Shown: positions 36,529 through 49,373 of the stretch, piece after piece
Numbering within the stretch: the stretch's first letter is position 1
Layout of the letters: the number at the start of each line of letters is the position of its first letter
DNA from: Vicugna vicugna
Taxonomy: Eukaryota
Length of the DNA: 64,000 nt
Reading direction: 5' to 3'
NCBI GenBank assembly: GCA_013265495.1
Contig: MU058449.1
Coordinates: 186,001 to 250,000 of the forward strand
Program-made: the position numbers and the translations under genes
Notes under the pieces: model-generated
Databases searched by the model: none
Told to the model about the DNA's origin: nothing
Seen by the model: only the letters and a program-made list of their open reading frames with translations

Positions 36529-39500
36529 AAAATTATATCAATACAAAATTTTAAGCACTAGTTTTGAAAATGATCTCAATTCAGAAAAGGGTACAATTAT
36601 TCACACACTCGACCAATCGAGAAATAAACTCATTTGCCTCTGATAGCCGCTTAGACTGATTCCTACTCAATCACCAAGTCCTAGCAGATGTCTCTTAAAT
36701 AATTCCAAACATGATTTCTCCCTCTTATTAGTTATTACTTACTCCTATTTTCAATCTTACATGAGATCTTCTGAGAAATAAAATATATTTTTTGGCTTTT
36801 CAGTTCTTGGTATTTCTTATATATGTCCTACTCGCAAAAGTTACTAAAGTTAGCATTCTGAATCTAAAAACTAGTCTGGCATCTCCTTATAAGATGCAGT
36901 ATTTGTTTTCAGGGTGCTTTAAATTTCTTGCATTTTCTACAGAAAATAAGCTGCCTAATGCATCTGTATACAGTCCATTCTAGTATGTATACGAACTCGT
37001 GTCCTTTTGTGCCACCCCAACTGCTATTTAACTTTTAGAATTTAGTTAGGTCGTCTTCAAATCAGGAACTTTGGCCATTTTCATTGTTTTTTCCAAACCC
37101 CTTCTAAAAGCTTCCAAAATATGTATGACAGTACCCCTCAGTTTCAATTTATGTAACTACCTCCTCTATTTAGATCATACGTCTAACTTATCTGTATGCT
37201 CATGACCTACTTAATATATGGCACATATTAATGACAAATATATACTGAATGAATAAATGAGAGAATAAGTACACATTTTTAACCAAAATTTATACGATAA
37301 CCATTAATTCTCACAATAGCATCATTTACATATTTCTGAATTAAAAGCACATATACAGGAAAAGGTGTTCTTTCAAATATCTCCAACTCAAATAATTTAA
37401 TCACGTAACATTTCAATAGTCCTGCAGTAAGCTTTACAATGCCTAATACTAAACGTTCTATATCCTAATTTTAAGTTCAAAACACCAATAATTAAAATCA
37501 TAGATTTATTTGGCAAGGGCTCTATGCAGTATAGCATTCTAAGTGATTTATATAGATTAAGATCATTTAATCAACACAAGAAATATATGAAACAATTATC
37601 AGTATTTCTAAATAGTAGAGATATGAAAATTAAAAAATAGTGAACTCAAAAATATTGCCCCAAGTTACATGGTCAGTCAAGGGCAGAATCCAGATTCAAA
37701 CTACATTTATCTTGTTTTCCCTGAAAATATTTCAGTTTACTTTGGGTCCACCTGTTACTTTGGTGATTGCTTGGCACTCTGATATGCAGTGTTGTCTGTT
37801 TTAGCTTTCCTGGTGTACATACTGAGCTATGGCTGATTTCAATCAGCCGATGTGAATCACTGAGGGCCAAGCTGGGAGATGCACAAAGCTAGCTCTCCTA
37901 ATCCAGGGTGAGCTGGTGCCTCCATACAATAGCCCCCAATCCTATACTAGTGCGCTTCCTAGGATGATTATAATTTTACAGCAGTTTAGTAAGAGGATGG
38001 GGTTAAAGAGTCTTTCAAATCTAAAGGACTAGTACTACTAAATAGGGCCAGACCCAATGACACAGGACAAAAACAGTGTGGTTTCAAGTAAGGTCATCAG
38101 ATCTCTCAAGCAGCTTCAAGTAATACAGGGTTGTTAGACTTTCTCTAGCACTATTTGGAGAATAGACGTCTTTCCCCACCCTATTGATGCTGAAGCTTAA
38201 AATTCCTATTGTAAGACACAAACCCTTCTTTCAACCAAGTTAATACCTGCCATAAATAACTGTTTCAGGTTGCGAAGTTGATATAAATTTTATGACTGAC
38301 CCTAAAATTTTTGAAAATACATATCATCCTTTCATGAGAATTCTGAGCATGACTGGGACAATTCGGAGAGAGCTGGTTTGGACTGATGAATAATTTGTGT
38401 GACCAAACTTCATGTGGAAGAAGGTCAGACAGTAACTGGTGAGTGAGGCTCTGAGAGACGAGCTTTCTCAGGTCAGTCCCTTTCATAAGCCCAAATAAGA
38501 AATCATTGCTTCTCCATTTAGAATTATACTGAAAAATACTGTTTTATTTCTCTTTTATAATGTCTGCCCTGATTAATCTGAATATCTCAAGATGCTTTTT
38601 ATTTACCTTTAGTGACTTTTTGTAAATAAGTAAGATTGTCTTGTTTTGTGTTGTCTTAGGGAACTGGACTCTCTTAGGAATTTTTTAAAGGAGGCTAATT
38701 TTGTTTCCTAGTCCCAAAGCGAAACCAAAGTTCGAGATTTTTTTAAGGTGTGAACTACTTTTAGACAATGACTCTCGTCTGCTCTAAACCATACTGAGCC
38801 TCCTTTTCCACCCTTGTCCCAGGTGAACCTGAAAGCTCACCAGGGATTGGTGAAAAACAGTCCTGCAAGTGCGTCTTATAAAACACTCATCCTTCACCAT
38901 CTGAAACAGCAAACAGATCTCCACTTTACGGCTTCTATGTGTATTACCAGACATGATCCCTGGTAAGTCTCTGGGTTTGAGATTCTGCACTAGGTCTAGG
39001 GAAATGGAAGACTGGTTTCAAAAAGAATGTACATATCATGTAATCTAATATAATGCCAGGATGAAAAACAATCAACACGATCTTAACAGTAGTTGAGTGT
39101 TCAAACAGTATGACAATTGTGTCTCATGCTTTCACAACATTGCTGAATCAGTTAATTCGTCACTGGCTGACACATTGTAAAGTGAGGAAGGCAAACAGGA
39201 GGACCTCTAGGGAATGATACTTGTGATGATAGATGCATGGAAAGCTTATTTGTTAAAAGATCAGGATATTATGCATTTTTAGACTGGGAAAGATGTAGGG
39301 AAAATGATGCCCTTCAGTAATTCAGTAGAAATGCTCATTCAGGTAAAGTGCTCATCAAATATCTCAAATTATTCATGAGAGGGAGAGGACAAACTCCCAT
39401 GGATTAATAGCTGGCATTTATTGACAGATCAATACAGTTTATATTTCCTGCTAAATATAGATGCATTTTGTGATTGAATGCTCAAACACTGTAATGTGTT

Positions 39501-40683
39501 TCTATCCTTGAATATTGTCTTAACGATAAAGAAATTGAGACAATTAGATGTTTTAAACTGGCGGCAGGGCATGCAAAGCTAAGTAGTGACAGCCAGAACT
39601 TAAACTCCTTGGACTGACTTCAGATTCTGCCATGATCCATGGCCAAAGTGTATCATTGGAATATAGATTCAGGGTTTGAAGGAGACATTAAGAAGGGGGA
39701 AGTTTGAGGATCAATATACATAAGACCTTTTGGACATTTGGAGCTGTCTTGAGCTGTGGCAAGCTATCTCAGAAAACAAAGAAAGCCCTCTATCACTGGA
39801 GGACTTAAGACAGAGATCAGTATGTGACTTCACAGAGGGAAGACTTTCCTGAAAATGTAGCGAGTGTGGATTTAGAGCCCCAAATTCCTTAAATCCTTTA
39901 AATCCTAGGATTCAGCCTGATTCAAAACTGGAGTTGTAAGTAATACTAATAATTCAGATTTTATGCCATAAAGATGACTCAAGAATTTTACCTTGGCCTA
40001 TGAATTTTAAGGGTTTAAGTTATCTTTCCTCTCTCTTATGAACATACACTTCTCTACACACAAAGTTCCTTTCAGCTTGTCTTTTGTCATTCATTGCTGT
40101 AATTCTCAACCCAAGAACACCTTTAGCCTCATCCCTCCGGACTTCTCCTACACAAAGTCAGCGAGTCTCCATAGGCTTTGCTTCCTGCTGTTCTTTTGAT
40201 CCACATCACTTCCTAGTATCCCATGTGTACTATCACAAGAATCTTTCTGACTTGATCTCCCTACACCTAACTTCCAGGCCCTGAAGCCATTCATCAAGTG
40301 CTAGCAGACTGAATTTCTTATCTTCCAAAAAATAACTCTCATTCCACCCTCCAAATTTAAAATTATTTGTTTTTAAAATGCTAACTTCACATTTGGTGTT
40401 CTTTCCTTTTCTTTAGACTCAACACCTGTCATTTCTGCTTATGAAACATTTTATATGTGAAAACTATTTATTGATTCACAGTCCCGCCATAGCTTATCTG
40501 CTTTTGTGATTTTGTACAAATTCTCTTCTCCTGAAATGACGTACTTCATGTCTCTTACATGGTTAATTTCTACTGAAAAATGATCTTCATTCATAGGCAA
40601 CTTATCCTGCCCATTTTGATTAAAGGCACATAACCATTCAATCCTATTCAGTAAAGATTTTTTTTTTCCAATGCAAGTCTATA

Positions 40684-40907
40684 AGAGTGATTTAGCAACC
40701 AGAAGCGATGTGCTTTTCCCTGCACACCCAGAGGACATTTGGTAACACCTGAAGACATTTTTGATTTTCATGACAAGTGACAGCTACAGACATCTAATGT
40801 GTAGCAACCAGGGATGCTGCTAAATGTCCTATGATTACAGAGACTCATCCCAAACAAAAAATTGATCTAACCTACCATGGCAATTGTGCGACGATTAAAA
40901 AACACTT
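40684..40907 (+). mobile_element. MER20 (hAT-Charlie non-autonomous DNA transposon)
   Basis: ggacatttgg...gacatttttga...ccagggatgctgctaaatgtccta matches the recalled MER20 consensus colinearly over ~220 bp. Confidence 0.8.
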
Positions 40908-42366
40908 CCCTAGAAGAATATCATTAGGACTCATAAAGTTAGAAATGTAGAACTATCATCCGGGAAAGTAACTACTTTGTTCATATGAGATATGATCTTT
41001 TAGACTGAAGGCATACTTTTCTATTTTATGTACCTGCTCATTTGTTTACTTGCTTTCTTCTCATTTTGCCCACCTTCCTCTAATTATTCACAATATTTAC
41101 TTCTCTAGAGCTTTGGCTTCCATGTTACATTCCAAGCTTTTCTAGGCCAAATATTCCTCACTTGACCATGCTAAATCTCTCAAATTAATATTCTTGAGAG
41201 AGACAGTAGCATACACTCTTGAGCCAAATCACAGAGATTGTTGACAAGTATGTGCATGATACGCTGTTGTAAAAGGAGTCCTCTGTCAGAAACATAGCAT
41301 CTAATAAACATGTTCTACAAAATATGTATTGTAACTATTTGGTGACTGAAGAATCTAACATAGGGGTTGTTTCTTTCAGATTCTGAAGCAGCACAAACTG
41401 ATTGAAATTTTTAGTGTATAACCCAACCTGATTTAGTTACACCCTGATGTGCATCTCATAATGTTTATGAATTATAACTATAAAATCTAAGAGGACACAA
41501 ATTACATTTTCTTGTTCTCTCTAAGTCAACGGTCCATCAAATTTGGATCCAAGTAGATCTACCTACAACAATAACAAGTTTTAGCTTTCCATTAATAAAA
41601 TAGGGTAGTGATGCCAACCAATATCATAATTTAAAAGTTTAAAAATCTTAAGAAGTGAAAAAAAAATAATGCATATTTAATAAATGGTTAATGCTACTTT
41701 TTTAATTCCAAGCACACAGCACAATTTAGAATCTTCCTAATTATACAATAAATAAGTTTATCTTTGCTCCCCAATTGCTTCAAACAAGACTTGGATCACA
41801 GTGAATGCTTAAATAATATGTATTGAATAAAACCATTAGAAAATAAACTTCTAAAATGTATGTCATAGTGTTACCTTCTGATTTGAAAGAGCTCTAGTTT
41901 ATTATATTATAAATTTGCTCAAAGGAGAATTCCTGAACACAGGTCTTTCAAAGGAAAGCCATATTGAGAGATGAATAAGTTTTAAGAATAAGAAGCAATA
42001 AATGCTCTTGCAACTGACCTAAAGTGGGGTATAGATATGCTTTTATATCCAAGAGACAATCCAACTTTATCAGTGGCAAAAACTTGAAGGATGATGGAGA
42101 GAATGTATTGTGAGATTTTTCTTGTCCCATATCTGTTGTTTTAGGCCTTTCTCATTGTCTTTTATGCATTTATACTTTGTTTTAATGGTTTCAAAATGAC
42201 CTGTATGGTTAGTTAAAAAATGATAAAATTTATGAGTTAGTATTTTGCATATATGGAGGTCAAATATATCTATATTTGTGTATGTATATAGATACAGATA
42301 TAGATACAGACATAATTTTATTTTGGAAGAGATAAACGCAGGTTGTAGGGAACTGCGAGGCAGGAA

Positions 42367-42382
42367 AAATCCCAAGGGATTT
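42367..42382. promoter_or_regulatory. Perfect O/E (EBF) palindrome upstream of OR52A5
   Basis: AAATCCC-AA-GGGATTT contains the consensus TCCCNNGGGA, 1.1 kb 5' of the OR52A5 ATG. Confidence 0.5.
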
Positions 42383-43465
42383 GGAAAACAGTAAGTCAAA
42401 GCCATCCATAGAAGGCCCGGGAAGCATATAGTGTTATGTGTGAAGTAACCAGCGAAGGGCAGAGAAAAAGAAGGGGATGGATCTAGTCCTATGCCAAATA
42501 ATGTGTCAAAGAAATATTTCAACTGTACAGAAATTGTACTTTCAGTAGCTATAAGATGGATATCTCTATGAGTAAAGAAAATATTGTATTCAATAGAGAG
42601 TTCTATGTTATTGCAAATAGTTAAGAAAAGTAACTATTCAGGCTTAATAGTTATTGATAATGAGGGAGAAGAATAGAAGACATTGACACTTGAAATTGAA
42701 TAGAAGTGATGTGCACGTAGCAGAGCACAGCGAGGATATATCTAAAAGGAACTGCTGAGGATAACACCCATGAATTTAAAAGTAACACATTTATTTTCTC
42801 GGAGGTTAAGTAGGAGAAGGTGCAAGATGTATGGTTGTTTTTTGGGAAAACACAGAAAGTTTGAAAAATTAGGTTAAAAGCATTCTGAGAGAGTCGATTG
42901 CAGGGGATCAAACCATGAAGAGACTAATCTGCAAAAAAAGTTAGTGAACTTCAAAACTGAAAAATGTATATATAGTAAAATTTGTTTTCTGATTATGATC
43001 AAGCAGAATGGTTTGTCATCACTGTAGATCCTTCATGTCTAGCCTAGGTAGAGCCTACTTCTTGAAATACCTTTATCCTGGAGTACATTTTTTTCTCTTA
43101 ATTTCAACTGGCAGGGCACAAAAAGCACAGATGGTGATTAACAAACACAAGATAAAGGGAATTTGTTCCAATACTCATGGACCAGAAAGAAGTCACCCCG
43201 TCCACTTAATTTTTCTCACTGAAAATGATAAAGATATGCAGATATGGAACCTGAGGATTGGTCATTTAATGGCACTGGCAAAAGAGATAGAAAATTAGAG
43301 AGGAATAGTTGGTATAGAAAAGATAAAATGGTATGCTCCTAATCTAACTACAGTATACTTTGCTAAAATAAATTAATTTCTTCTTATTTTTAATTTATGA
43401 AGTCCTAACAGGGACTAGAAGATGATACAGCAGTACCTCTGCGTGATTCTACTGACCAAGTCACC

Positions 43466-44422
43466 ATGCTCATATTCAATGGCTCTGTCTTCATGCCTTC
43501 TGTACTAACGCTCGTCGGGATTCCTGGACTGGAGTCAGTGCAGTGTTGGATCGGGATTCCATTCTGTGCCATGTACCTTATTGCTGTAATTGGGAATTCC
43601 CTAATTTTAGTTATAATCAAATATGAAAACAGCCTCCATAGTCCTATGTACATTTTTTTGGCCATGTTGGGGGCCACAGACATTGCACTTAGTACCTGCA
43701 TTCTCCCCAAAATGTTAGGCATCTTCTGGTTTCATGTGCCAGAGATTTCTTTTGAAGCCTGTCTTCTCCAAATGTGGTTTATTCACTCATTCCAGGCAAT
43801 TGAATCAGGTGTCCTGCTGGCGATGGCTCTAGATCGCTATGTGGCCATCTGTAACCCCTTGAGACATGCTACTGTCTTCTCTCGACAACTCTTGGCTCAC
43901 ATTGGAGTTGGGGTGATACTCAGGGCTGCTATTCTTACAGTACCATCCATAGTGCTTATCAAATGTCATCTTAAACACTACCGAACTACCATCATCTCCC
44001 ACTCCTATTGTGAGCACATGGCCCTTGTGAAGCTGGCTACTGAAGATGTCCAGATCAACAAGATATATGGTCTTTTTGTTGCCTTCACTATCTTAGGGTT
44101 TGACATAATTTTTATCACTTTGTCTTATGTTCAAATCTTTATCACTGTCTTTCAACTGCCCCAGAAGGAGGCACGAATCAAAGCCTTTAATACATGCATA
44201 GCCCACATCTGTGTCTTCCTACAGTTCTATCTCCTTGCCTTCTTCTCTTTCTTCACACATAGGTTTGGTTCTCACATTCCACCCTATGTTCATATCCTTT
44301 TATCTAACCTTTACCTGCTAGTCCCACCTTTTCTCAATCCTATTGTTTATGGAGTGAAGACTAAACAAATTCGCGATCATGTCCTGAAAATGTTCCTCTC
44401 CAAAAGACATCTTGATCATTAG
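43466..44422 (+). CDS. OR52A5: Olfactory receptor family 52, OR52A5 orthologue (318 aa)
   Basis: Intact ORF with strong Kozak (caccATG), NGS sequon, IKYENSLH, MALDRYVAICNPLRH, HSYCEHM, PPFLNPIVYGVKTKQIRDH. Matches recalled OR52A5. Confidence 0.92.
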   Translation: MLIFNGSVFMPSVLTLVGIPGLESVQCWIGIPFCAMYLIAVIGNSLILVIIKYENSLHSPMYIFLAMLGATDIALSTCILPKMLGIFWFHVPEISFEACLLQMWFIHSFQAIESGVLLAMALDRYVAICNPLRHATVFSRQLLAHIGVGVILRAAILTVPSIVLIKCHLKHYRTTIISHSYCEHMALVKLATEDVQINKIYGLFVAFTILGFDIIFITLSYVQIFITVFQLPQKEARIKAFNTCIAHICVFLQFYLLAFFSFFTHRFGSHIPPYVHILLSNLYLLVPPFLNPIVYGVKTKQIRDHVLKMFLSKRHLDH

Positions 44423-46539
44423 TGACGCCTTCTGTAGAAATTTTAGGTTGGTTCAAAGTTCAACCTGAATATGATGAAAAGCTATAACTTGAACAAATAC
44501 CTACATTTGAAAAACGCTTTACATCTCAGATGCTGATAATTTAAGGAGGTATTTAATAAGTCATCAAACATATAAGAACTCTGACTTGCTCTCCATATAA
44601 AGAGCAAACTCTATTATGCTGAGATTTCAGATGGTTTCTGTTATTTGTCTGTTTTTGTTCTGTTCCTTTAAACCTGGAATTTCCTCTCTGGCAACATATA
44701 AGCCCATACAGAAAACAAAACTGCAGAAAATAACACTTCATTCCAGGTAACTCCCAAGAACCATGTAATACATCAGTATTTTCTAACTGCTAAACTAATC
44801 CATAGCTATAATTCTGGTTGTCTCATTTTCTATTATCTTTGTGAATCTATCTTTTGACAAATTACCCAATTTGAGTTTTACCCAAAACCAAAGGTTTAAG
44901 TTCAAGAATTGAATACATAAACAAATGCACTCCCCTGCATTTAGAAATTTCATACTGCAAGTGTCTTGAATACAGCAACTGTATCTGATTTACGCTTGAA
45001 TCAACAGTAAGTCAATGCCTGAGACTACTTTGAATCTCAGTTAAAATGACACTAAATAATGAACAATTTAAACATTTTCCTGCTGTTCATCAATGGTATT
45101 CAAAAGCAACAAAACAAGAGGCTTTAAGGTAATATGCAACATCATCTTACAGAAAATCTGAATGTTAGAGCGTTCATTCCAATATTAGTAAGCTAAACAA
45201 AGATGAGAAATGGAATGAATCATTACATCATCTTGAAATACAGTATGAGCCAAACACAAACTGACATATGAGAAACTGTCTTCTAAAACAGGGACTACAG
45301 ATCTTTCTTCACTCTTTGCTGTTTTGCTGCCCACACACCTTCAGCCTCTTTTCAGGATGCTGAGTCAGTAGAGATCAGGCTTAGATTTTCTTCAATCAAT
45401 CTTAAGATTCAGAACAAATAAGATGATTCTTAAAAAGAACCATGTAGACATAGAGGAATTACTGTTTTTCTAAGTTTTAAAATAATGCATAGTCAAAGAA
45501 AGAAATAAGCCAAGCAAACATTTCAACCAAAAAGAAAGAAAAAGGAAAATAAGAAACCATGTCATTCAAGAGGGAGAGGTAGAGGATACTTTTGGAAAAA
45601 ATAATCTTGTTGAATAAGGCAAAAATAAAGTTCAATCATAAGATACTTAGTTTTAAACAAACTTTGTGGGAAGAAGAAGTACATGAACAAAGGAAAAATA
45701 TAGTGAGGAAGAAATAAAAGAGTATATTAGTGGATATGAGACATAAAATTGCTTGATGAAATTATGAAAACTTAATTCATTTTAATTCAATGTTAGAATA
45801 TCAAATGTTCCAAAATGTTGCAGCAACCATAGTGAATAATGAATAACTGATGAGGACAACTCAAAAGAAAGTAAAATGGGAAATATATGCGTTCTTTCCA
45901 AGAGATCATCATACATAAAGGATACAGAATTGAGATAGTAAGTACGTGATATTCCTGAATAAGAGACCAAGGCAAATAGAATACGAGGACAATAACAGAT
46001 TAATCGTGTGTGAATGGGAGAGCCATATCCCAAAATATAAAGTGTACAAATGCACCATAATACACATATGGTGTTAGGAATACATTTGTATTTGAAAAGC
46101 ATACGTCAATAAGAAAAAATCGATCGAGCAGTATCAAGAAAAAAAAAAAGGAACAGATTCTTTATACTTCTTTATACTTCAGAATACCTGGTTTCATTTA
46201 TCCTTTGGAGTTGAGAAAAGACAAACAACATAAACCATAAAAATATTCATTATGAGGCAGAAAAATAACTTTCAAATGGAGACTGTAGAGAATAATACGA
46301 CTGTGAGTGGGCAGTCAAGCTATTTAAGCCTCTAATTAATTAAACAGAAGAGTAACATGTGTAATAATTGAGCAAACATTTTTTGTCTCTAAAATAGAAG
46401 ACTGAAGTTGATTCATAAGAGTTGACAGTGAGTAGAAAATACAAACAAGGTGATTATCTTAGCTTACATAAGAATGAGTAGTTAGAATTCAATCTGTGAT
46501 TTAGGTGATTAGAAGCCAGTAAGTAATATAGCCACTAGT

Positions 46540-47130
46540 GCAGACATATTTTCTTTGTCTTTTGGAATATAATTCTCATACAGAACAGTGAAAATAACAA
46601 GTTACTGTAAAGGAAACAATCATGAAAACACCATCTAGTTGAAGAAATAAACCATCTCTCATTCCCTACAAATCTTGTAAGTGTCCCTTTGTCATTACAA
46701 TCTCTCACTCTCCCCAAAGGTAATCTCTGTACTAATAACTAAAATAATTATTTCTTTGTTTTTTCTGTATACTTTTACAACCTAAGCATGTATTCTTAAA
46801 CCTTATAGTTAAATTTTGCTTGTTTTTCAGTTTTCTATAAATGGAAGCACATAGTATATATTCTTTGTTTTTCTTCTTAAGAATTTTTATCCAGGATACT
46901 GTTTGTAATATCTATAATGCTCATTCTTTCCCTAAATAATGTACCATGGTATAAATATACTACAATTTCTTTACGAATCCTATGTTTATGAGAGTTGATA
47001 AGGGTCAATTAAGAAGAATATATTTATAAACATTTGTGTATATGTATTTTGGTGCACTTAGAATGCTGATTTCTGCATCTAAAAGTCAAATTGCTAATTC
47101 ATTTGGTACTAACATCTTCCAAAATCATTA
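46540..47130 (-). mobile_element. Old L1ME-like 3' fragment, antisense
   Basis: Typical phrases (ccccaaaggtaatc, ttctataaatggaagcacatagtatatattcttt). Confidence 0.5.
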
Positions 47131-47478
47131 GATAATATAACCTGTTTCTCAAATCACATGACAGCTCGTTTCAGGTAGTCTAACTGTTGGCACATGGATC
47201 TAGTTGGCATTCTGGTCGTCTTTGGTCTCCTTTCCAGGTCAGATTTGTTCCGTGCTGTAGATCCAGGAACATACACACTTTTTCACATATAAAGAAGACC
47301 TGGCCCCAAAGTGATGTTGCATACACAGGCCCTGAGGGTCTGCCTCACACCCAGGTTTGATGCGCCCTTCAACTAAGGGGTTAAGCTAATTAGACATAGA
47401 GTCCAGGGCAACAGGCACACTACTTGCAGCAGCTAAAGAGTTGAATGTGTCTCAGATTGGCATATAATGTAATGAACA

Positions 47479-47595
47479 ATTTTTTTTATTAAAGTATAGT
47501 TGATTTGCAACATTGTGTTAGTTTCTGGTGTACTGCAAAGTAGTTCAGTTATGTATTTCTTTTTCATATTCTTTTCCATTGTGGTTTATTACAAC
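47479..47595 (-). mobile_element. Minimal L1 3' stub with 15-bp TSD
   Basis: tttttattaaagtatagttgatttgcaacattgtgttagtttctggtgtac..., flanked by ataatgtaatgaaca (47464-47478) and ataatgcaatgaaca (47596-47610). Confidence 0.85.
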
Positions 47596-47730
47596 ATAAT
47601 GCAATGAACATATTAAATGAGGGACTTACTTCAAGAAGCTTAAAATGAGAGTTTAAAGAGACTGTCTTAAGTTAATAATGAACAGTGTTATACCATTAAT
47701 TTTATATGAGAAAGTAAAAGCCAAAACATA

Positions 47731-47734
<4 letters not shown>

Positions 47735-47772
<38 letters not shown>
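47735..47772. repeat. (AC)19 microsatellite
   Basis: Directly visible. Confidence 0.95.
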
Positions 47773-47774
<2 letters not shown>

Positions 47775-49310
47775 TAAATTAAACTATATATTAAAGCTAT
47801 TTAAGAGTATGGAAGTTCCTTTGATCAAGAGATTGTTGAAAAAGCCTATCATTTCCTTCTTTAAGAAGAATTATCTTCCTTTATCCTGTCATGTAGATAG
47901 GAAATGTGCCATCTGTGCATTGCTGATTTTTTTCCCTTTGTTTTATCAAGTCTTACTTCTTATAGAGCTTCCTACACAATAAACCCCGTCCTCCCTATCA
48001 TTTGCAAGCACATTCTTCCCTGGGATCACTAAAGTGTATCTAGATAGCCTTTGAATACCCAGGTATGGCCAAGAGTAAATGAGTAGAGCAAATCAGAGTA
48101 GGCAACTACTTGTTTGGTTTCCGATTTCCTTTCCTTAGAAAGCATGAGCTAAAGCAGGCCAATTTGCTCAGTCAAGGAATGGAGTCCTATTATATATACC
48201 CCTCCACTTTGGTGTTCCTTTTCTCTATCACGTATGGAAGAACAAGATGAATCTCAGTGTCTGGTGCTGTGAGAAACCCAGCTGCACTGTTTGACACAGA
48301 GAACACTGCTGTCTCCTGGCTGGACTAGAGAGGTCAGGTCCCCTGGGAGTTCAGTAAGAAGAGAGTCCTAAGAAATGCTGCCTGCCCCTCTGGCCCTAAA
48401 CCTTCTTCTTTGCCCTGGAGAGTAAACAATAACTCTTAGGATTTGCAAAAGGCTAATGAACTTTGGTCAGCAGGGAAAATTACATTAGGAAACATAAATC
48501 TCCCACAACTGGGACCAGCAAAGAACAACCTTCTTCTGCGCTTGTCCCTTCCCCACTGCTGCTTCTGGATACTGAGTAAGTGGATCACGAAAAATGTGTA
48601 CCAGATTAAGTGGAGTTGAAATGATATATCTTGAAGTACAAATACAAGTATAGTTAATTCATATGGACTGCATACAAAAATCCAAGTTATGAAAGTAAAG
48701 TATATAAATATATTTTTGATAGAGTCTGACTTCGAAGTTCTAGGAACTACAACTGAAGAATAGTCATAATAAATTGGAGAATCTGATTTGGAACATTGAG
48801 AGGTTAGGGGCAGGTAGCAGCATGCTATTGGAGAAGCTGGGTAGACTTGCAGATGTTTTGCTTCAAAGAGAGAGCATCATAAGTAATTTGAATCTTTGTA
48901 CCATTATTTCTAAAGATACATATTTCAAAAAGGAGGACAGCAGTTACAGAGAACGTGTTAGCTCAATGTAAGGAAGTCTTTTTGTGAAAGTTATTCAGTA
49001 ATTAAGACTGTCATGGAAAGGCATTGACATACACGTAGTCAGCTGTCAAGAAGCTATACTAAAGAATTCTGTTTGAAGAGGGCAATTTCGTAGAATAATC
49101 TCCTAAACATTTACAATTTACAATTTAAGAAATTAGGGTTGTTTGGGGCTAGTTCTTCACTTCACTGAATTCTTACTCAGAATAATATTTGGAAGTGATG
49201 ACTTGATTAATGGAGAGATGTTTCAGAATGCTTAGAACAACAGCATTTAAAAATATATAGATCACCTTGATTTAGTTTTAGCTAATTACTTATGCAACTC
49301 CTCTGTGCTC

Positions 49311-49373
49311 TCTTTCTCTCTCCATATATATATATATGTATATATACACACACATACATATACACATATATAT
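49311..49373. repeat. Compound CT/TA/CA microsatellite
   Basis: Directly visible, imperfect. Confidence 0.85.

Noticed and set aside
42070..42522. 150-aa minus-strand ORF
   Set aside because: Non-ATG start, runs through low-complexity TA/GA repeats, and has no homology I can recognise.
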